58,675 nucleotides of DNA from assembly GCA_030167865.1 (NCBI GenBank), contig JALAGF010001131.1:1-58675 (forward strand). Reading direction: 5' to 3'. This DNA comes from Craspedostauros australis (taxonomy: Eukaryota). This document shows positions 11,968 to 25,371 of the stretch, in pieces (positions within the stretch are counted from its first letter, which is position 1; each line of letters begins with the position of its first letter). Below the pieces are notes generated by a model, which did no database searches, had not been told where the DNA came from, and saw nothing but the letters and a program-made list of their open reading frames with translations. The position numbers and the translations under genes are program-made.

Positions 11968-14365
11968 ATGTGTTCCAATGATGGCGATGTCAGCAAGAAT
12001 CCACCGTTGCAACCACACGCAGTCACCATCGGCAGAGAATATAGTACACCATGTCCAACCGCACCGACACAAATGATAGGGCAACTAAGCATGATACAAC
12101 ACCACTATGAGTCTGGAGAGACGCGCGGTCATCACCCACAGCATCGGCGTCAGCACCAGCATCAGCAACGGCACGTCAAGCAGAAGATGATGCTGGGTCA
12201 ATATCGCTTTGACTCGGGCCATCCCAACCGTGGCGATAGCAGCAGCAGCAGGAAACATGCGGATGGCCCGAGACTGGATAGAGAGGATGCCGATACCGAC
12301 AGCACAGACGGCGTACATGATGCGGAACGCGATGCTGAGCGCCTCGAAGCCGGTGAGTCAAGACAAGTATCATCAACGGGCGAAGAGCCACACTTGGAGA
12401 AGGAGCTCCTAGCAGACCCTTACGCTCTCCTCGAGGAGACGGAGGAGAAGATAGCCAAGAGTCTGGACTTCCTCGAAAGAACGCTAACCGGAATCCGGAA
12501 GAAGAATGCCTACGACCGGGCTGTCTTCTTGCGCCCAACCTACGTTCGAAGCAGAGCGTTCCGTCTCATGTTCCTTCGAGCCGACCGATTCAACGTGTCT
12601 CAAACGGCCAAGCGGATCATCCACCACTTCGAGGTCAAGCAGGAACTGTTCGGCATCAACAAGCTCGTGAGGGACATCACGTGGTCTGACCTCAGCGTTG
12701 ACGACCAAGACTCGTGCGTCACTGGGACGGTTCAGATGTTCCCCAACGTCAAGGACAGTCACGGCAGGCTACTGCTCCAGCAGGTCTGCCCCGCGCGACA
12801 GTACGGGAGGGTCGAGAATCGGATCAGAGCGCTGTGGTGGATGACGATGGCTTCACTCAGACAAGATGAGGAAGGTCAGATGAAGGGCGTCGTCTCCGTC
12901 ATTCACGCTCGCAAAATTACCCCGGAGAATTTGGATGATGTGGCTCGACGAACTTGGTCAGGCAAGATCGAACGCGCTCTGCCGATGCGCACCATCATCG
13001 TGCACCTGTGCTTCAACGATCGTAGCCTCGCCAAGCCATTGGAAACCAAACTGAGCGAAGAGCTGCCTCTTCACATTCGAAAGCGGGTACAATGCCACTC
13101 TGGTGCGTATCATGTGGTGCCGTGCCGTGCCGTGCTGTGCCTTGTCGTGCTCAGCCATTCTCATCCGCCGTATCAATGGATGCATGCATTGATACATTCA
13201 CTGATGCGTGCATCGATGGTTAGCGACTTGCTATCTTGCTGTCATATTTTCTTGCAACCAAGCTTCTGCCGAATCCCAAGACAGACGCTGAGCTTTTTCA
13301 CGATGGTGTTGCAATCCTGGTTTATCTGTCACATTCTCATTCTGCGAGCATGAGGCAGATACTGGATCAGAGTTGTGGTCCCCGCGGCTGTACTAGTCGA
13401 CGGTATGGCTCAATGAATTGCTATGATCATCAAACGCAAAAGCCTTCCAGCTCTCCCCATACCAATGACCCAAACATACTCGTACTCGTACGACCCTCGC
13501 GACGTTACCCGAAACAAGAACACCGCGGCGATAACAGTTTTGGTTCTTGCACTGACAATGGACGCAACGATCGTGGCGACAGTGACATCCACAACGCATC
13601 CCACATTATATATCACTCACCGTACACTCGCCATACACTCGCCATACCCTTCCATTCATATGCACGCACTACTGGCGTGAATCTTTCAACAACGGTCGGG
13701 CTTTTTGTTCACGCCAAATCTCGTCTTCTGACACAAACTCCACAGGGTCGCACACGAAGTGTCAGAATGCTCTTGCAACATATGGGATTTCGGATGAAGT
13801 GACACTAATAGACGAAGCATCCCTGATACGCATGGGCCCCTTCACGCATCAACTTGGCCATCTGCTTTCGTTCGAAGGGCGGGCAATGGATGCGCATATG
13901 GAAGCACCAGCACAGACAGCAAGATCCGAGGCATCGACAGGCCCGGAAACAGCATCAACAGCAGCAAAAGCGCCAACGGCAACGGCAGCAGTAGCATCCG
14001 CACTTGCCCATTTGAATTGCAGAGATGACGGTATCCCAAGCCAGCCTTCGGGACGGATCGAACACCCTCTCGCGAACGATGTCTTGCTTGGTCGTGGATA
14101 CCCCTTCCAGCAGTTCCCAGGCAACATGAAGATGCTTGATCTCGTCAAGCTGCACAAGCCACGACACGACGCGGCTTCGATGAACCGCAAGAACAAGACA
14201 GCGATCGCCACGATGGTCGTGGACGGGATCAAGCAGAACGGAGGCCGATTTCTGAAACGCAGCGACTCGGGAAGCGCCTGGGTTGAGGTGGACGATGCCG
14301 TGGCCCGGGAAAAGGCGGCCATGGGATTCAGGAACCTCTCCAGGAAATCGAACTCGGCAAGATGA
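11968..14365 (+). CDS. Diatom CRAL-TRIO-like + DUF6824 domain protein; exons 11968-13102 and 13746-14365 (~584 aa)
   Basis: N-terminal AYDRA...FRLMFLRADRFN...AKRIIHHFEVKQELFG. The splice G|GTGCGT ... CACAG|GG restores CHSGSHTKCQNALATYGI. C-terminal NDVLLGRG..FQQFPGN...GGRFLKR..W.EVDD..AREK...FRN is DUF6824-like. Start codon uncertain. Confidence 0.85.
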
Positions 14366-15850
14366 TAGATCAAAAGTGATCGATAAAAGGCGATGGGAGC
14401 CCCGGCACCAGCTTCGAGCCGCACAGTTCGGACCCACCGCAGAGCTGAGAAAGCGACTTGAGTGGCCCAAGCCAGGCCGAGTTGTGTTCTATCACGGGTC
14501 ATTAACTTTGATAGAGCATGGGAGGATACTCGGCTGTATAATAAGCACATTGCTCGGACGGTACATAAACATAGTAGTTGAGGATAATGCTTCGGTGCTC
14601 ATAGCCACGCTCCTCGTGCACACCAAATGGAACGATGAATCGGCCCACGTTCCATAAGTAAGGCATTCCAGGATATCGAAACGAGCACTGACTGTATGGC
14701 AAGGCATTGTCCTCTATCATCATTCGTATCAAGTTTGTGGCAGTGATGACTGTCGTTGCAGCAGCCATCGAGGCCATGAAAACGACTGGAGTTATTGGAG
14801 CCCCAGGTTATCGGGAGCGCATCCTCGCATACTGTTGGAGTATTGGTATGCTGAAGTATTGTATTCTATAACATAACAGTACGTACCGAACATGGATCAT
14901 GCTCGTAGTCGGAGCCAGCTGAGGGCAATCCCAAGCACACCCTGCAGACAACCAGCCCACAGAAGCGTCGTCATAGATCTGCCACCAGCGCCACCCAATG
15001 CCGTCAACGCCACCTGTTATCACTCCATGATCCCGCGTTTCTCCAGACATTTCGATCGTGTCATTTCGGATTCGTCTCGTACTCGTTGAGCATGGTATCA
15101 ATACTATTCGCGAAAAAGAGGTTCCTGAATTTCGGTATCGATGTCATGAACTTTTTCGACATTTGTTGTGCTCGTACTTGTCGAGTGTCGGAATTTGAGG
15201 AGCGCGACGCCAGAGAAGGAGACACAAAATTGGTGGCTGTAGCATTCGTGCTGGTCCAAAGTAGCTTTCGACCGGTGCGCTGAGAGACCAAATACTGCCG
15301 GAAAGCAACGCAGCCACGCACGCAGTAGTTGTGATTCACGAAGTTGGTGGGTTCTGATTTTGCAATCTTCTTGCATTCTTCAATACGGCACGCGAGTCTG
15401 ATTGGCGGAGGAGCAGGCGCTGTCTCGTGGATCCGAACCTTTGTGGTGCGACACCACCGTCACAATGCGATCTTTCAGGAATCTCGCGAAGGGGGAGAGG
15501 TTGGGTTGTCGACGGTGTCGATGATCGAGAAGCAGCGTTGTGAGCAACACTACACATCGATGACGACGCGTTTCTCGTTTGTGCTCCCTTCAACAACAGA
15601 GAGGAACAACTCCAGAAGCAGAAACGAAAGTGGAAGCAAAACGAACCACCCACCAACGCTGCGCAAGCACCCATGACACCATCCAAACCAACAGCGTGAG
15701 ACGACGCGACACGACACGAACGCACCAACCCGAAGACGAAGAAACGACACCATCCGGCCACAAAAACAATTCCACACTTGTTGATTCCCAACATCACCTC
15801 GATCATCCAAGCTATAACATCACCAACCAAGCAACAAAGCATCAGAAACA

Positions 15851-18015
15851 ATGGTCGCCCAAGCCGGAGATAAGCAATGTGAAGTCGTCCTCGTCGGATG
15901 CGGAACCCCAAAGCGCGGAATGGGATGGTACGAAGACTTATGGAGTAGCGGAGCACTCCCCAGCACCCTGCAGCACTCTCCACACGCAGAGGACACATCG
16001 TCAAGATCCTTCGCCGCCATTTGATTCTGTCCTGTGACGGATCGCAGTCCCTCCATCTCTGCCTCTGCGCGGAATCGATTGCTCCCCCTTGCGATTTCCT
16101 TGATTGCCTGCCCCTCGAACGAAACAAGAGATGGAGAGATGCGGAGAGAAAGAGAGAGTGAAGACATCAGCCAATGTCACCCAGATCTGTATTGCCAACA
16201 TGCTCACACTACTGCCGTTATTCTTCATGCACACCTTCCCATCTTTCAATGCACTCATTCATTCACTCATACACTCAACAATATGCCTACGCCAACCATG
16301 CAGGTACCACGCCGTTCAGATGATCAAGAACAAGTGCCCCTCCGCCAAGCTTTGCTACATCATCGAGCCATGGTTCATGGGACCAGGTACGTCATTTCAT
16401 TTGCGTCTTTTTATCGATGGAACACGCGACCCGATACCAATCGAGCAAGGATCGTCATGTGCTCGCAGTCGCATCGATCGCAAGGAAAGGCATCCTGACG
16501 GATGGAGCAATGCGAGCACTGGCACGAATTCCGCACCGCGTAGTGCCACAGGCAAGGCTGCGAGAAAGGGCAGTACGCATCTATTTTTCTCTTGTGCTTC
16601 TGCCACGACAGGCAACCCGGGCTATTTCTGGGCACACATCCATGGAGATCATGGAAACAGCAGCATGAATTACACGCGTCATTCCATTCCACCCCACCCC
16701 CTCTCATCTTGAATGCTTCTTCTCTTTCTCTTCACAACTTGCATGTCACACACGGTACGGTTTGCGTCAATGGCTATCGGATCGATGTCCGAAACAAAAC
16801 AAACATTCCACAATCACGCCTCCACTTTGATGGCTCTGATTGACTGGATGTTCTGTCGACGAACAAAAACGAACCCCGCAATCACCAACTCCTACGAAAT
16901 CCAAAACGTCACACACAAATCCGCAACAACAATTTACAATTGCCACGAATTACCATCTGATTCGACGCCATGCTGCCTGCTCCAATCTACGCTCTGTCCG
17001 ATTCCCCCATTGTGCTCTTCCTGCAACTCCGACCCGAACGAAATAAAAAACGACGACGACGGCATGAACAGGAGCCACCGGTCCAGGAGGCGCTGACTTC
17101 GGCGAGTTCCAGAAGGAGACCGAGGAGAAGGAGGGAATCCAGTTCTTGAAGGCGGTCTCCGAACTTCCAGCCGTCCCAGAGGGCAAGAAGCGTCTGGCCC
17201 TCATCTCTGGCCGCACTGCCGACAATCCACGTCTGCTCAAGGAGTGCATCGATGCCGGATGCACCAGCATCTACCTCGAGAAGCCAGGTGCCCCAACCGT
17301 CGGCGAGCTCGAGGTCATGCGCGACCAGGGCAAGGCTGCCGGCGTCGCCGTCCTCATGGGATACAACAAGAATGTCTGCAAGTACGTCTCCAAGGCACGT
17401 GATTACGCCGCCGCCAACGCGGGATCCCACGTCACCTTCGTCTCCAACAACGCTTACGAGAACAACAAGGAGTCTCTCGGTGAGTGCTTCGAGCGCAACC
17501 GCGAGGGTATGCTCAAGAACATGGCCATCCACGAGCTGGCGCTCCTGGTCAGCTTCTTCGATGTCAGCGTCGAGAACATCGAGAAGTGCGTTGTCGACAA
17601 GGAATTCTCCTCCATGCAGACCCTCCCAGGACCATCCGGCGCCGACTTCACCGACTTCGACAAGATCAAGTTCACAATCACCACCAAGACCGGAAAGTCC
17701 GTCAGCGTCCAGGCCGACCGATGCGGAGGCGACACATCGTACGCCAAGGTCGATGTCGACGGCAAGGAGGTCTTCCGTCACTCCATGCCAGACGAGGAGG
17801 ACAAGGCCAACGTGACCACCCTGGAGAAGGAATACCCAGGTGCCATGCCATACTTCTTCTCCCAGGACCCAGACTACATCACCGTCAAGGAGCGCGTGGC
17901 CAACAACTGCGCCAACGGAGCCGAGGCCACCGGTATCGCCACCATCGACATCGCCGTCGAGACTCTGCGTGTCGCGGAATACCTCACACCGACCATCAAG
18001 GAGCAGTTGGCCTAA
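15851..18015 (+). CDS. Gfo/Idh/MocA-like NAD(P)-binding oxidoreductase; exons 15851-15927, 16304-16386, 17072-18015 (367 aa)
   Basis: Reconstructed MVAQ...VVLVGCGTPKRGMGW|YHAVQM...IIEPWFMGPG|ATGPGG. It has a Rossmann GxGxxxxG start, a YLEKP motif, MGYNK and NMAIHE. All junctions are GT-AG and phases add up (77+83+944=1104 nt). Strong C/G-ending codon bias. Confidence 0.88.
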
Positions 18016-21000
18016 ATTTTGCACCATCACATGCAATCTCCGGATGCTGTGGCAGACTGACGCCGCATGCTTCCAAGTAACGCAGCACGCCATGACGCAT
18101 CCACAATGGTGCCGCGCCGTGCTGCGACGGCCGATGGAACCTCTGTGCAAGCTAAGAGCACAAAATGCGCCAACCAACAGCCGGCATGGGGAACACACGC
18201 ACTTCCTCCTCGTCTTCCTTTCCCAATGAGCCACACAATTGACTCGGCTGACAACTAACTGTACACAAGGAACAAAGAACGACAAACCACCAAGCGCAAC
18301 TGCAATCGTGGCAAGTGCTTCATTCGGCTCCAAATCGAAGCAAACGAAGGGGTGAGGTTGGCAATACTGCCGTTGCCGATCCACCTCCGTACATACATAA
18401 CGTGGGGGAGTATGTCGTTATCAATACAAGTAGTAACACCTCCCAGATGATCTTTTCTTTTCGAAGATGCCAACAATGTGTACGCGTAGAGCAGTGAGGG
18501 TCGCCTTCCATACAAGTACGACTCTCCTCGTATAGTAGTTGGATCGCATTCCAAATGGCCAATCGTCCGTGTTCGTATGGCAGAGTACTGGACGAGGCCA
18601 TGTACTATGCCTGCCATCCATCCATGTTGGGGGTGTTGTACGAGCATCTCGCATGGATCAGGTACAACGCACATACGCGCAGCGCGTGTCTTCATGTGTC
18701 CGTTCGTCATGGAAGAAGACATGGCCATGTGGTTCTTCGTACTCGTACAAGTACTATACTCTATTGTTGTTGTGCCTGCCATGGTATGGGATGGTGCCAA
18801 TACGCTAAAATGACGACTCATCAACGTCATGCTCTCAGGACGGAGTACGTACTCGACTCTGCTCACCACACAATGTACAACCGGGTATTCTCCACAAAAA
18901 GGTTGACGTCCTCCGATGTGGCTCTCCTCTCTGGGCTTGTGGCAACAACGGACGTGGAAGGACGAAAAAATGAGTGTGGAAGTGACACCGACCACGCAAA
19001 ATATCTGCTTCTTGTTGGCTGAATAGTCGTACTTGCGTGGCTGGGCACGATCTGGTCGTAGAGCGCCCGCACTTCTGCTCGCAGGGGTGCTTCGCAGGGG
19101 AACGCGAGGATGACCACCTTCCACTCTTTACTACTCTCTGGACAAAGATACACACGCACGCACAGTTCGCACACGCACGTGACCCATAGGCATGTGACGT
19201 GGCTTCTTCAGTGTTGATAGTGGCGGAGCTTCTTTCAAGTACAGTAATGGCAACTTGTTGTCTGACGGTTATTTTCGGTTGTCCGCATGATAACAAGTGC
19301 CATCCACTTTGTGAACTTGTACCGGAACCGAAAGACTCATGGCCACGTTCCACATGTCATGCTGTGTCAATCGACTCGCTATTGATGTCGAACTCCTTAA
19401 GTGCAGGTGAAGCAAGGTGCGCGTCGAAGATAAAAACAAACACCCCCTACCATCTGTCACGACACGAACATGGAAAAATCTCCGAAGACGCCTCGCTCTT
19501 CTTCGAGCGTGTCGATTGGTTTCTATGTGTTCTCCCGCAACGGTTTGCCCAATTGACGAACTTGCAAATTTTGGGCAACAACCCAGTCAGCGATGCTGTT
19601 TCTTCAATTGTCTGCGTTTGTTGCTACCGCGATGCCAGTCTTTTTTCTATTACCGCGTTGCTGTTTGTGGCAAGGAGGGAACGAGCGTCTTCGTCATCAC
19701 TACTCTATCCGTACCGCCGGGTTGCGTCATCTGTGTGCGGACTGAGACGAGATCAAAAAGGCGTGATCTGCTCTGTGTGCGGTGACAGCAGAGGGATGAG
19801 CAAGAACGAAACAAGGAAGAAGGTAGGGGAAAGAGCGTTGCACAAGCGCGTGAAGAGAGGAAAAGGTCAACCGGCAACCATCAAACGAGCGAGCGAGCGA
19901 GCGAAGGAGCGAACGAACGAACCAACTAATCGAGAGGGATCGAAGCGAGCAAGAAAGAGGAGGCAATCCAACGTCATCCGGTGGTCAATTGCACAAACAT
20001 TACCACAACCACAACCACAAGAGAGAGAGAGAGACTGCTTCCAGTCACCCTCGCTACCACTTCGTCGAGCCAAGCGAGCCTCACACACTTTCGAGGAGGG
20101 AAAGCCAGCATCGCGACTCCATCTGCTGCGTGTTCTCCCCAAAATCAAGCCATCATTGGGCAAGTGTCACAGCTTTAATCAAAGGTCGTGAACTTGTCGC
20201 CCCTCTCTTTTGGTACGTCTGCTGCACACACAAGGACGATCCCATCCCATCCTCACCAAAGCCCCCTGTTGCGCTCCCCACAAAGCAAAGACGGCGGGCT
20301 CCATCACCTGCATCCTCTCCTCGTCATTGCCATTGTCATACCTGTCATACTTGCAGTGTTGCAACCAACCAAGACGCGCGGAAGAAGCCTCCTTGTGCCC
20401 TGTCACATCACGAAACCAAGCAGAGAGAGAGAGAAAGTTGGGAGAAACGTCCCTGTGAGCAATAACGAACCAACAGACGATCCAGCGAACACACGTGCAC
20501 ACAGAGAGATGCACATGCACATGCACAACCGAATCATGAGAAGTCGTGCGGAATCTTCTTCGTCTATGTCATTGCTCACACATCCTCTCTTTCGAACACT
20601 TCCTTTCGCCTCTTCTCACAAAAAACAGAGTGTCAACCGCGCTCTTCATTTTTTCAAACCTGCAACCACCGACGGAAACAAGAATCTGAGGTGCGTTGTG
20701 CTGCGTTGTGCTACGTTGTGTTGTGTTTCGCGAAATCAGCCGCAATGGTGGGAGTGGGTGCAGCCCATCTTGTTCCTCCTCCCCGAGAGGTGCACAAATG
20801 ATGATGTCGTGTACTCCACGAGTGCTACCACTCCGCTACCTTGCGCTTCGGATGAGTTTGGCTGAGCACGGCGATTATATGGTCGACGGGGGGTGGTGAG
20901 ATGAAAACCGCTGGTGTTGGTGTTGGCGTTGACATTGGTGTTGGTGTCATCGCAACAAGTGGTCGTCATGGAAAGAAGCGGACGCTGCGATGCAAGTGCA

Positions 21001-21628
21001 CGTGAGATCATGGGGTGCAACGACAAGGGATGCACACGCATGTGTACATCTTCATGTTCATGTGCACATGGCGACGTGCAAGTCAACGATGGTGCCATTG
21101 GGGCATGGGCATACATATGATGCAGCGGCTCATACAATATGTACTCTGGCACATACATCAGCCTCGTCCAGAGCAACCACGTTGCGTGTTCATCTTCATG
21201 ATGGTCACCCTCCTTACCAGACACAACCACGACCACGATCACCATGTTCACCAGACGCGGAAAGACGCATTTATGTGGAACATCTCGCCGCGCTTATTCT
21301 GTGCGAACAAGAGATCGACCAGAAAGCCCGTCGCGGTGTGTGCCTCAAACACTGACCATGTCCATGGCCGCCAAATCACCGAGCAACCCTGCTGCCGCCT
21401 GCTCAGCTATGATTGCGTGGCGCTTTCCCGACATTCGACGACGAGTATGCCACTTGCACTCATGATCAATCAATGTCCATCGCCTGCTCGTGTTTCTCAT
21501 CAACTTCCCATCACTTTCTGCACCTCTTGCTTCCAAACACCACTCTCCTCCCTTCGACTCATTTCATCTACCAGAACAATCCACTGGGCCATCATACAGC
21601 CTTTCTAGCCAGTGCATACACCCAGCAG

Positions 21629-21659
<31 letters not shown>
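21629..21659. repeat. (CAA)n microsatellite in a probable 5' UTR
   Basis: aacaacaacaacaacaacaacaacaacaac about 60 nt upstream of ATG 21717. Confidence 0.85.
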
Positions 21660-21716
21660 TGAGGGAGAGACTCATCCCAGCATACACCGCGTTCGGGCTG
21701 CCCATTGCATGACAGA

Positions 21717-24590
21717 ATGCCCGCGATGGACTGCACTGAGATGGCGCCGGCAACCTGCGACTCTCCACGATCTGGCTGCTCCGAGGTACTGCCCCAATCG
21801 GTAGCTACTGGCACGCCAGTCCGTACCACCAGTATCGCAAACGGAGACGGAAGCAGATCCGGGCATGAGACCAACGACGGACCAACACTCTCCCACCAGA
21901 ACCACCATCGCCTTCTTAAGCGCAGGTCCGACGATGGCAAGGATTGTGAGAACTCTCCTTGTCAACCGATGGCGCCATCACCGATCGGCATGGTCATCGT
22001 TAGAAAGCCGATGTTGGACCTGGGATCCGCCTTCGTGGCTTCCAAAGATGCCTCTGTTTCAGCTTCTGCGCTCAGGATGGACAGCGACAACGCCAATGAC
22101 ATTGATAATGACAATGACGATGCCCTCCCGAGCATTACGTCCACGAATCGTCAAACAGAGAAGCAGCATGACGAACACAAACAGCGACGCCGTCGCAGCA
22201 TGTCTGACCCTGCAGCCCTGCCGTCGTTTCATCAACATCCCATGATTCCGCCAACAAATGACAAGCATGCCAGGTACTCAAAGCCCAGTGTTCATCTCAA
22301 CTTCAGCCAACCGCGTCGGTCACAGGCCCAGGCCTGCACGCCATCTCCACGCCCGCAACAGGCAAGCAGGGGCCGCAAGCGCAATTCGCAATGTCTCGCT
22401 CCCACGCCGTTGAGCCGCCACCTAGCCACCCAGGCGACCATTCAGAACCACGCAGACAGTTTCAGGCACGCAGCCGTAAAGCCCGTGGCCCACTCTTCCC
22501 TATCCACATCCACGCCTCCGCGCCATTCGAGAGACTCGTCGAAGGACAGCGCATTCTTCAAGACGGAGCCGCTCAAGCAGAGGACGCCGCTCCGCAACTA
22601 CGACGCAATGAATCGCACCACCATCGACATGCTGAATCCCCAGCAAACCCCCACCGGGGTGTACAGCGCATTCCAAGGCATGTCGTTGCAGTCTCCCGCA
22701 AGAAGCATCACATCGCGACAGTCCATGGGATCCTCGTTTTCCGCCTTCCAAAGCAGCGGTCGACGATCACCAGCACTCCATTCGTTGTCGTCGCCACCAC
22801 GCAGATCCGTGTTCGCCAGCACCGCGACTACCGCCACTGCCTACAGCACCACGCCAAGCACCAATAACGATGTCGGTCGCAACCCAGGACCGGCCCAACT
22901 GCCGTTGCCGTTCCAGTCAAGGGGGATTCACGACGATAGCCCGATGTCTCAGTCGATGGGCCTGCCGGGCAGCCGAAGTCATCTCCTCCCAAGCTCTCGC
23001 CTGCCGATCAGAACGACCCAATCGAACTCAATACAGTCCATTTCGCATCGGTCCCCAGCCCCAACATCCAGTCAGCGAATGGAAAGTTCGCGGATGATGC
23101 GGATCGAACAAACCGGGGCCATCAATCAAGATGATGTGCTGCAGCAGACACCAACAATGACACCATACTCGCACCGCTCCACGCATGGTGGTCTGCATGT
23201 GGACACGGTTCACAAGGAGCATGAGCGGGATCCTGACGGCTGGGTCCTCCCAACTCCGAAGACGGTTGATGTCAACCGCAGAAGCCAGCACCCTCCAACG
23301 CCGTTATCCGCACAGCAGGGATCCATCATGTCAGATGCCACGTCCACACCATTGCCCAGGCTCAGCCTGGCCCCCAGGGATCCATCGACCACGCCTGCAC
23401 TCAGTCTTCCATCGAGATCAGGTCTTTCTGTCCCGTCGCATCCAACAAGCCGGATTTTTGGCGCGCAGACTGGACGCGCTCACTTCTTTCCATCTTTCGC
23501 GGACGTCGACGCAAACCAAGCCACCGACACGACGGCGCTCCCCACAACCACGCTGTCCTTCCACGCACCTAGCCAGCGAACAGGGATTCCTATCCTTGGA
23601 GGTGAAAGGGGGAATGCTGGGTCTTCCGCGGCACCCATGTCGGATACGTCACCCATTCCAAACACCGCCAATCTGCACTTCGGGAGGAGACGTGCAGGTT
23701 CTTTGTCGTCCTATCCAATGCAAAGCCCCGGCCAGAGATCGACCGTCTCGCCGCACTTCAACAATAGCTTGAATCCATCTGCTTCATCGTCGCCGTGGGG
23801 GAAGCAGCAGCAGCAGCCTGCGATCCGCACCCAATCTCTTCTGACACCATCCAGATCAAACAGCGTGCTGAAGGCTTTGGCCTCCGCACGCGAGCGAGAG
23901 AAGGCCGAGACTGCCGATATTGACTCCCTCACCGACTCTGACGATGATGGTGACGACTTTGTCCTGTCGACGCCCAACCAGCTTGGGATGTGCTCCGTCG
24001 CTGACTCCGGTGCCGACGCCAGCAGAGGCGTGCTGTTCATCCCACGCTCAGCCTCTCGCAACGATGGTGCAGTTGTCGCCGACTACGGCATGCGGATGCC
24101 TCTCAACCGAGGCAGGACATCGTGCGCAAGCCTGATCGGCACGGATTTCGTCCACGATCCGGCGGGTGGCGCAACGGATGAGAGCATGGCGGAGACAAGA
24201 ACCGCGAATGCTCCTTCCTTTGTGCGAGATTCATCCGGCTCCCCCACGAACCCGCAGCCCATGGACGATTCCGACCGCAACCGCGAACACTCCATCGGAC
24301 TGGCTATCGAGACCGACGGCGGCCAGGACGTTGATGACGAGATGGATGCCATCGGCGGCGACGGATATCCCCGAGATCACCTCTCCATGCGAGACCTGGT
24401 GACGCCACCGGCAGTCCTGCCTGCGGGAGGCGTGGTGGAATCGCCGCCTGCTCGGCCGGGACCGCAGCCGGAACCGTCCCAATCGTCTGTGTACATATCG
24501 CGTGCGAATGCCAGCGCCGTCAATCTGACCATTGCCCAGATGGCCTTCGACGCCCACCGGCACGAAGCAGCATCGAGTGAGGGAGCCTGA
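21717..24590 (+). CDS. Uncharacterised Ser/Pro/Thr-rich, probably disordered protein (~957 aa)
   Basis: 961-codon open frame with first ATG at 21717. Many TP/SP sites, an acidic DSDDDGDDFVL block and RDLVTPP. No globular domain recognised. Confidence 0.75.
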   Translation: MPAMDCTEMAPATCDSPRSGCSEVLPQSVATGTPVRTTSIANGDGSRSGHETNDGPTLSHQNHHRLLKRRSDDGKDCENSPCQPMAPSPIGMVIVRKPMLDLGSAFVASKDASVSASALRMDSDNANDIDNDNDDALPSITSTNRQTEKQHDEHKQRRRRSMSDPAALPSFHQHPMIPPTNDKHARYSKPSVHLNFSQPRRSQAQACTPSPRPQQASRGRKRNSQCLAPTPLSRHLATQATIQNHADSFRHAAVKPVAHSSLSTSTPPRHSRDSSKDSAFFKTEPLKQRTPLRNYDAMNRTTIDMLNPQQTPTGVYSAFQGMSLQSPARSITSRQSMGSSFSAFQSSGRRSPALHSLSSPPRRSVFASTATTATAYSTTPSTNNDVGRNPGPAQLPLPFQSRGIHDDSPMSQSMGLPGSRSHLLPSSRLPIRTTQSNSIQSISHRSPAPTSSQRMESSRMMRIEQTGAINQDDVLQQTPTMTPYSHRSTHGGLHVDTVHKEHERDPDGWVLPTPKTVDVNRRSQHPPTPLSAQQGSIMSDATSTPLPRLSLAPRDPSTTPALSLPSRSGLSVPSHPTSRIFGAQTGRAHFFPSFADVDANQATDTTALPTTTLSFHAPSQRTGIPILGGERGNAGSSAAPMSDTSPIPNTANLHFGRRRAGSLSSYPMQSPGQRSTVSPHFNNSLNPSASSSPWGKQQQQPAIRTQSLLTPSRSNSVLKALASAREREKAETADIDSLTDSDDDGDDFVLSTPNQLGMCSVADSGADASRGVLFIPRSASRNDGAVVADYGMRMPLNRGRTSCASLIGTDFVHDPAGGATDESMAETRTANAPSFVRDSSGSPTNPQPMDDSDRNREHSIGLAIETDGGQDVDDEMDAIGGDGYPRDHLSMRDLVTPPAVLPAGGVVESPPARPGPQPEPSQSSVYISRANASAVNLTIAQMAFDAHRHEAASSEGA

Positions 24591-25371
24591 TTCATGGGCG
24601 GTATCCAAGCAAGAGTTCAGACAAGGGGGAAGGAACAAGGGAGAATCATTTTGCCAGGAGCCGACGCCGTTGCGGCATGGGCCCCGACTACTGCTACTCT
24701 ATGTTTGTTTGTTGTTTGCATGGTACACCAGCATGCGGATGGAGAAGGCATCTTTTGAGGCAGGGTGTGCCATATGGTCATGCCTTCTCCGAATGTCCGT
24801 GTGCCCTGTGTCAAGACTTCGTCGTCGATTCCAATGACTCCACGTCACGAGGATGACAGAGGAATACTTTGTTGTTTACAAAGTAAAGCTAAAGAGAAAC
24901 GTAGAATTTGTATTAGAGTGGTATACCATACAATTCGTTCCGAGTCGAACCAGCCTTTGCAGTAGACGCGCACACGAAACGGAGTCCTCGTTGAATGTCG
25001 TCCATAGCATCATTTGCGGGTCCAAATCATTGTTACCCATGATGGCAAACTGCATTTGAATCGATACTCTTGTTGTACACCGTCGTTGTAGCAGCAGCAG
25101 CAGCCGAAGCATGAGGCCGGCGAGAGTGTGGTTGGAGTGGATGTTTCTGTTTTTTGTTTTATGGTAGCTTATGGTTGTGACTTGCAGCCGTTAATGGAAA
25201 TCCATCGCGGCACGGTGGCCCTTCTGTGTTGCTTGGTGACGCATCTGTCCGTGAAACTCAGTATCATTATGCGAGAATGAAGTTCAGGGTGAGCATGCTG
25301 TGTAGAGCACAATCGAGTACTCTGATATAGAGTGCTGTACTCAAGTGCATGCGCTTTGCGGTGCTCCGCCC

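Noticed and set aside
16987-18384. 465-aa minus-strand ORF
   Set aside because: Antisense shadow of the codon-biased oxidoreductase exon 3; no motifs of its own.
19199-20191. 330-aa ORF
   Set aside because: Non-ATG start, no codon bias, built partly from simple repeats, and no recognisable domain.
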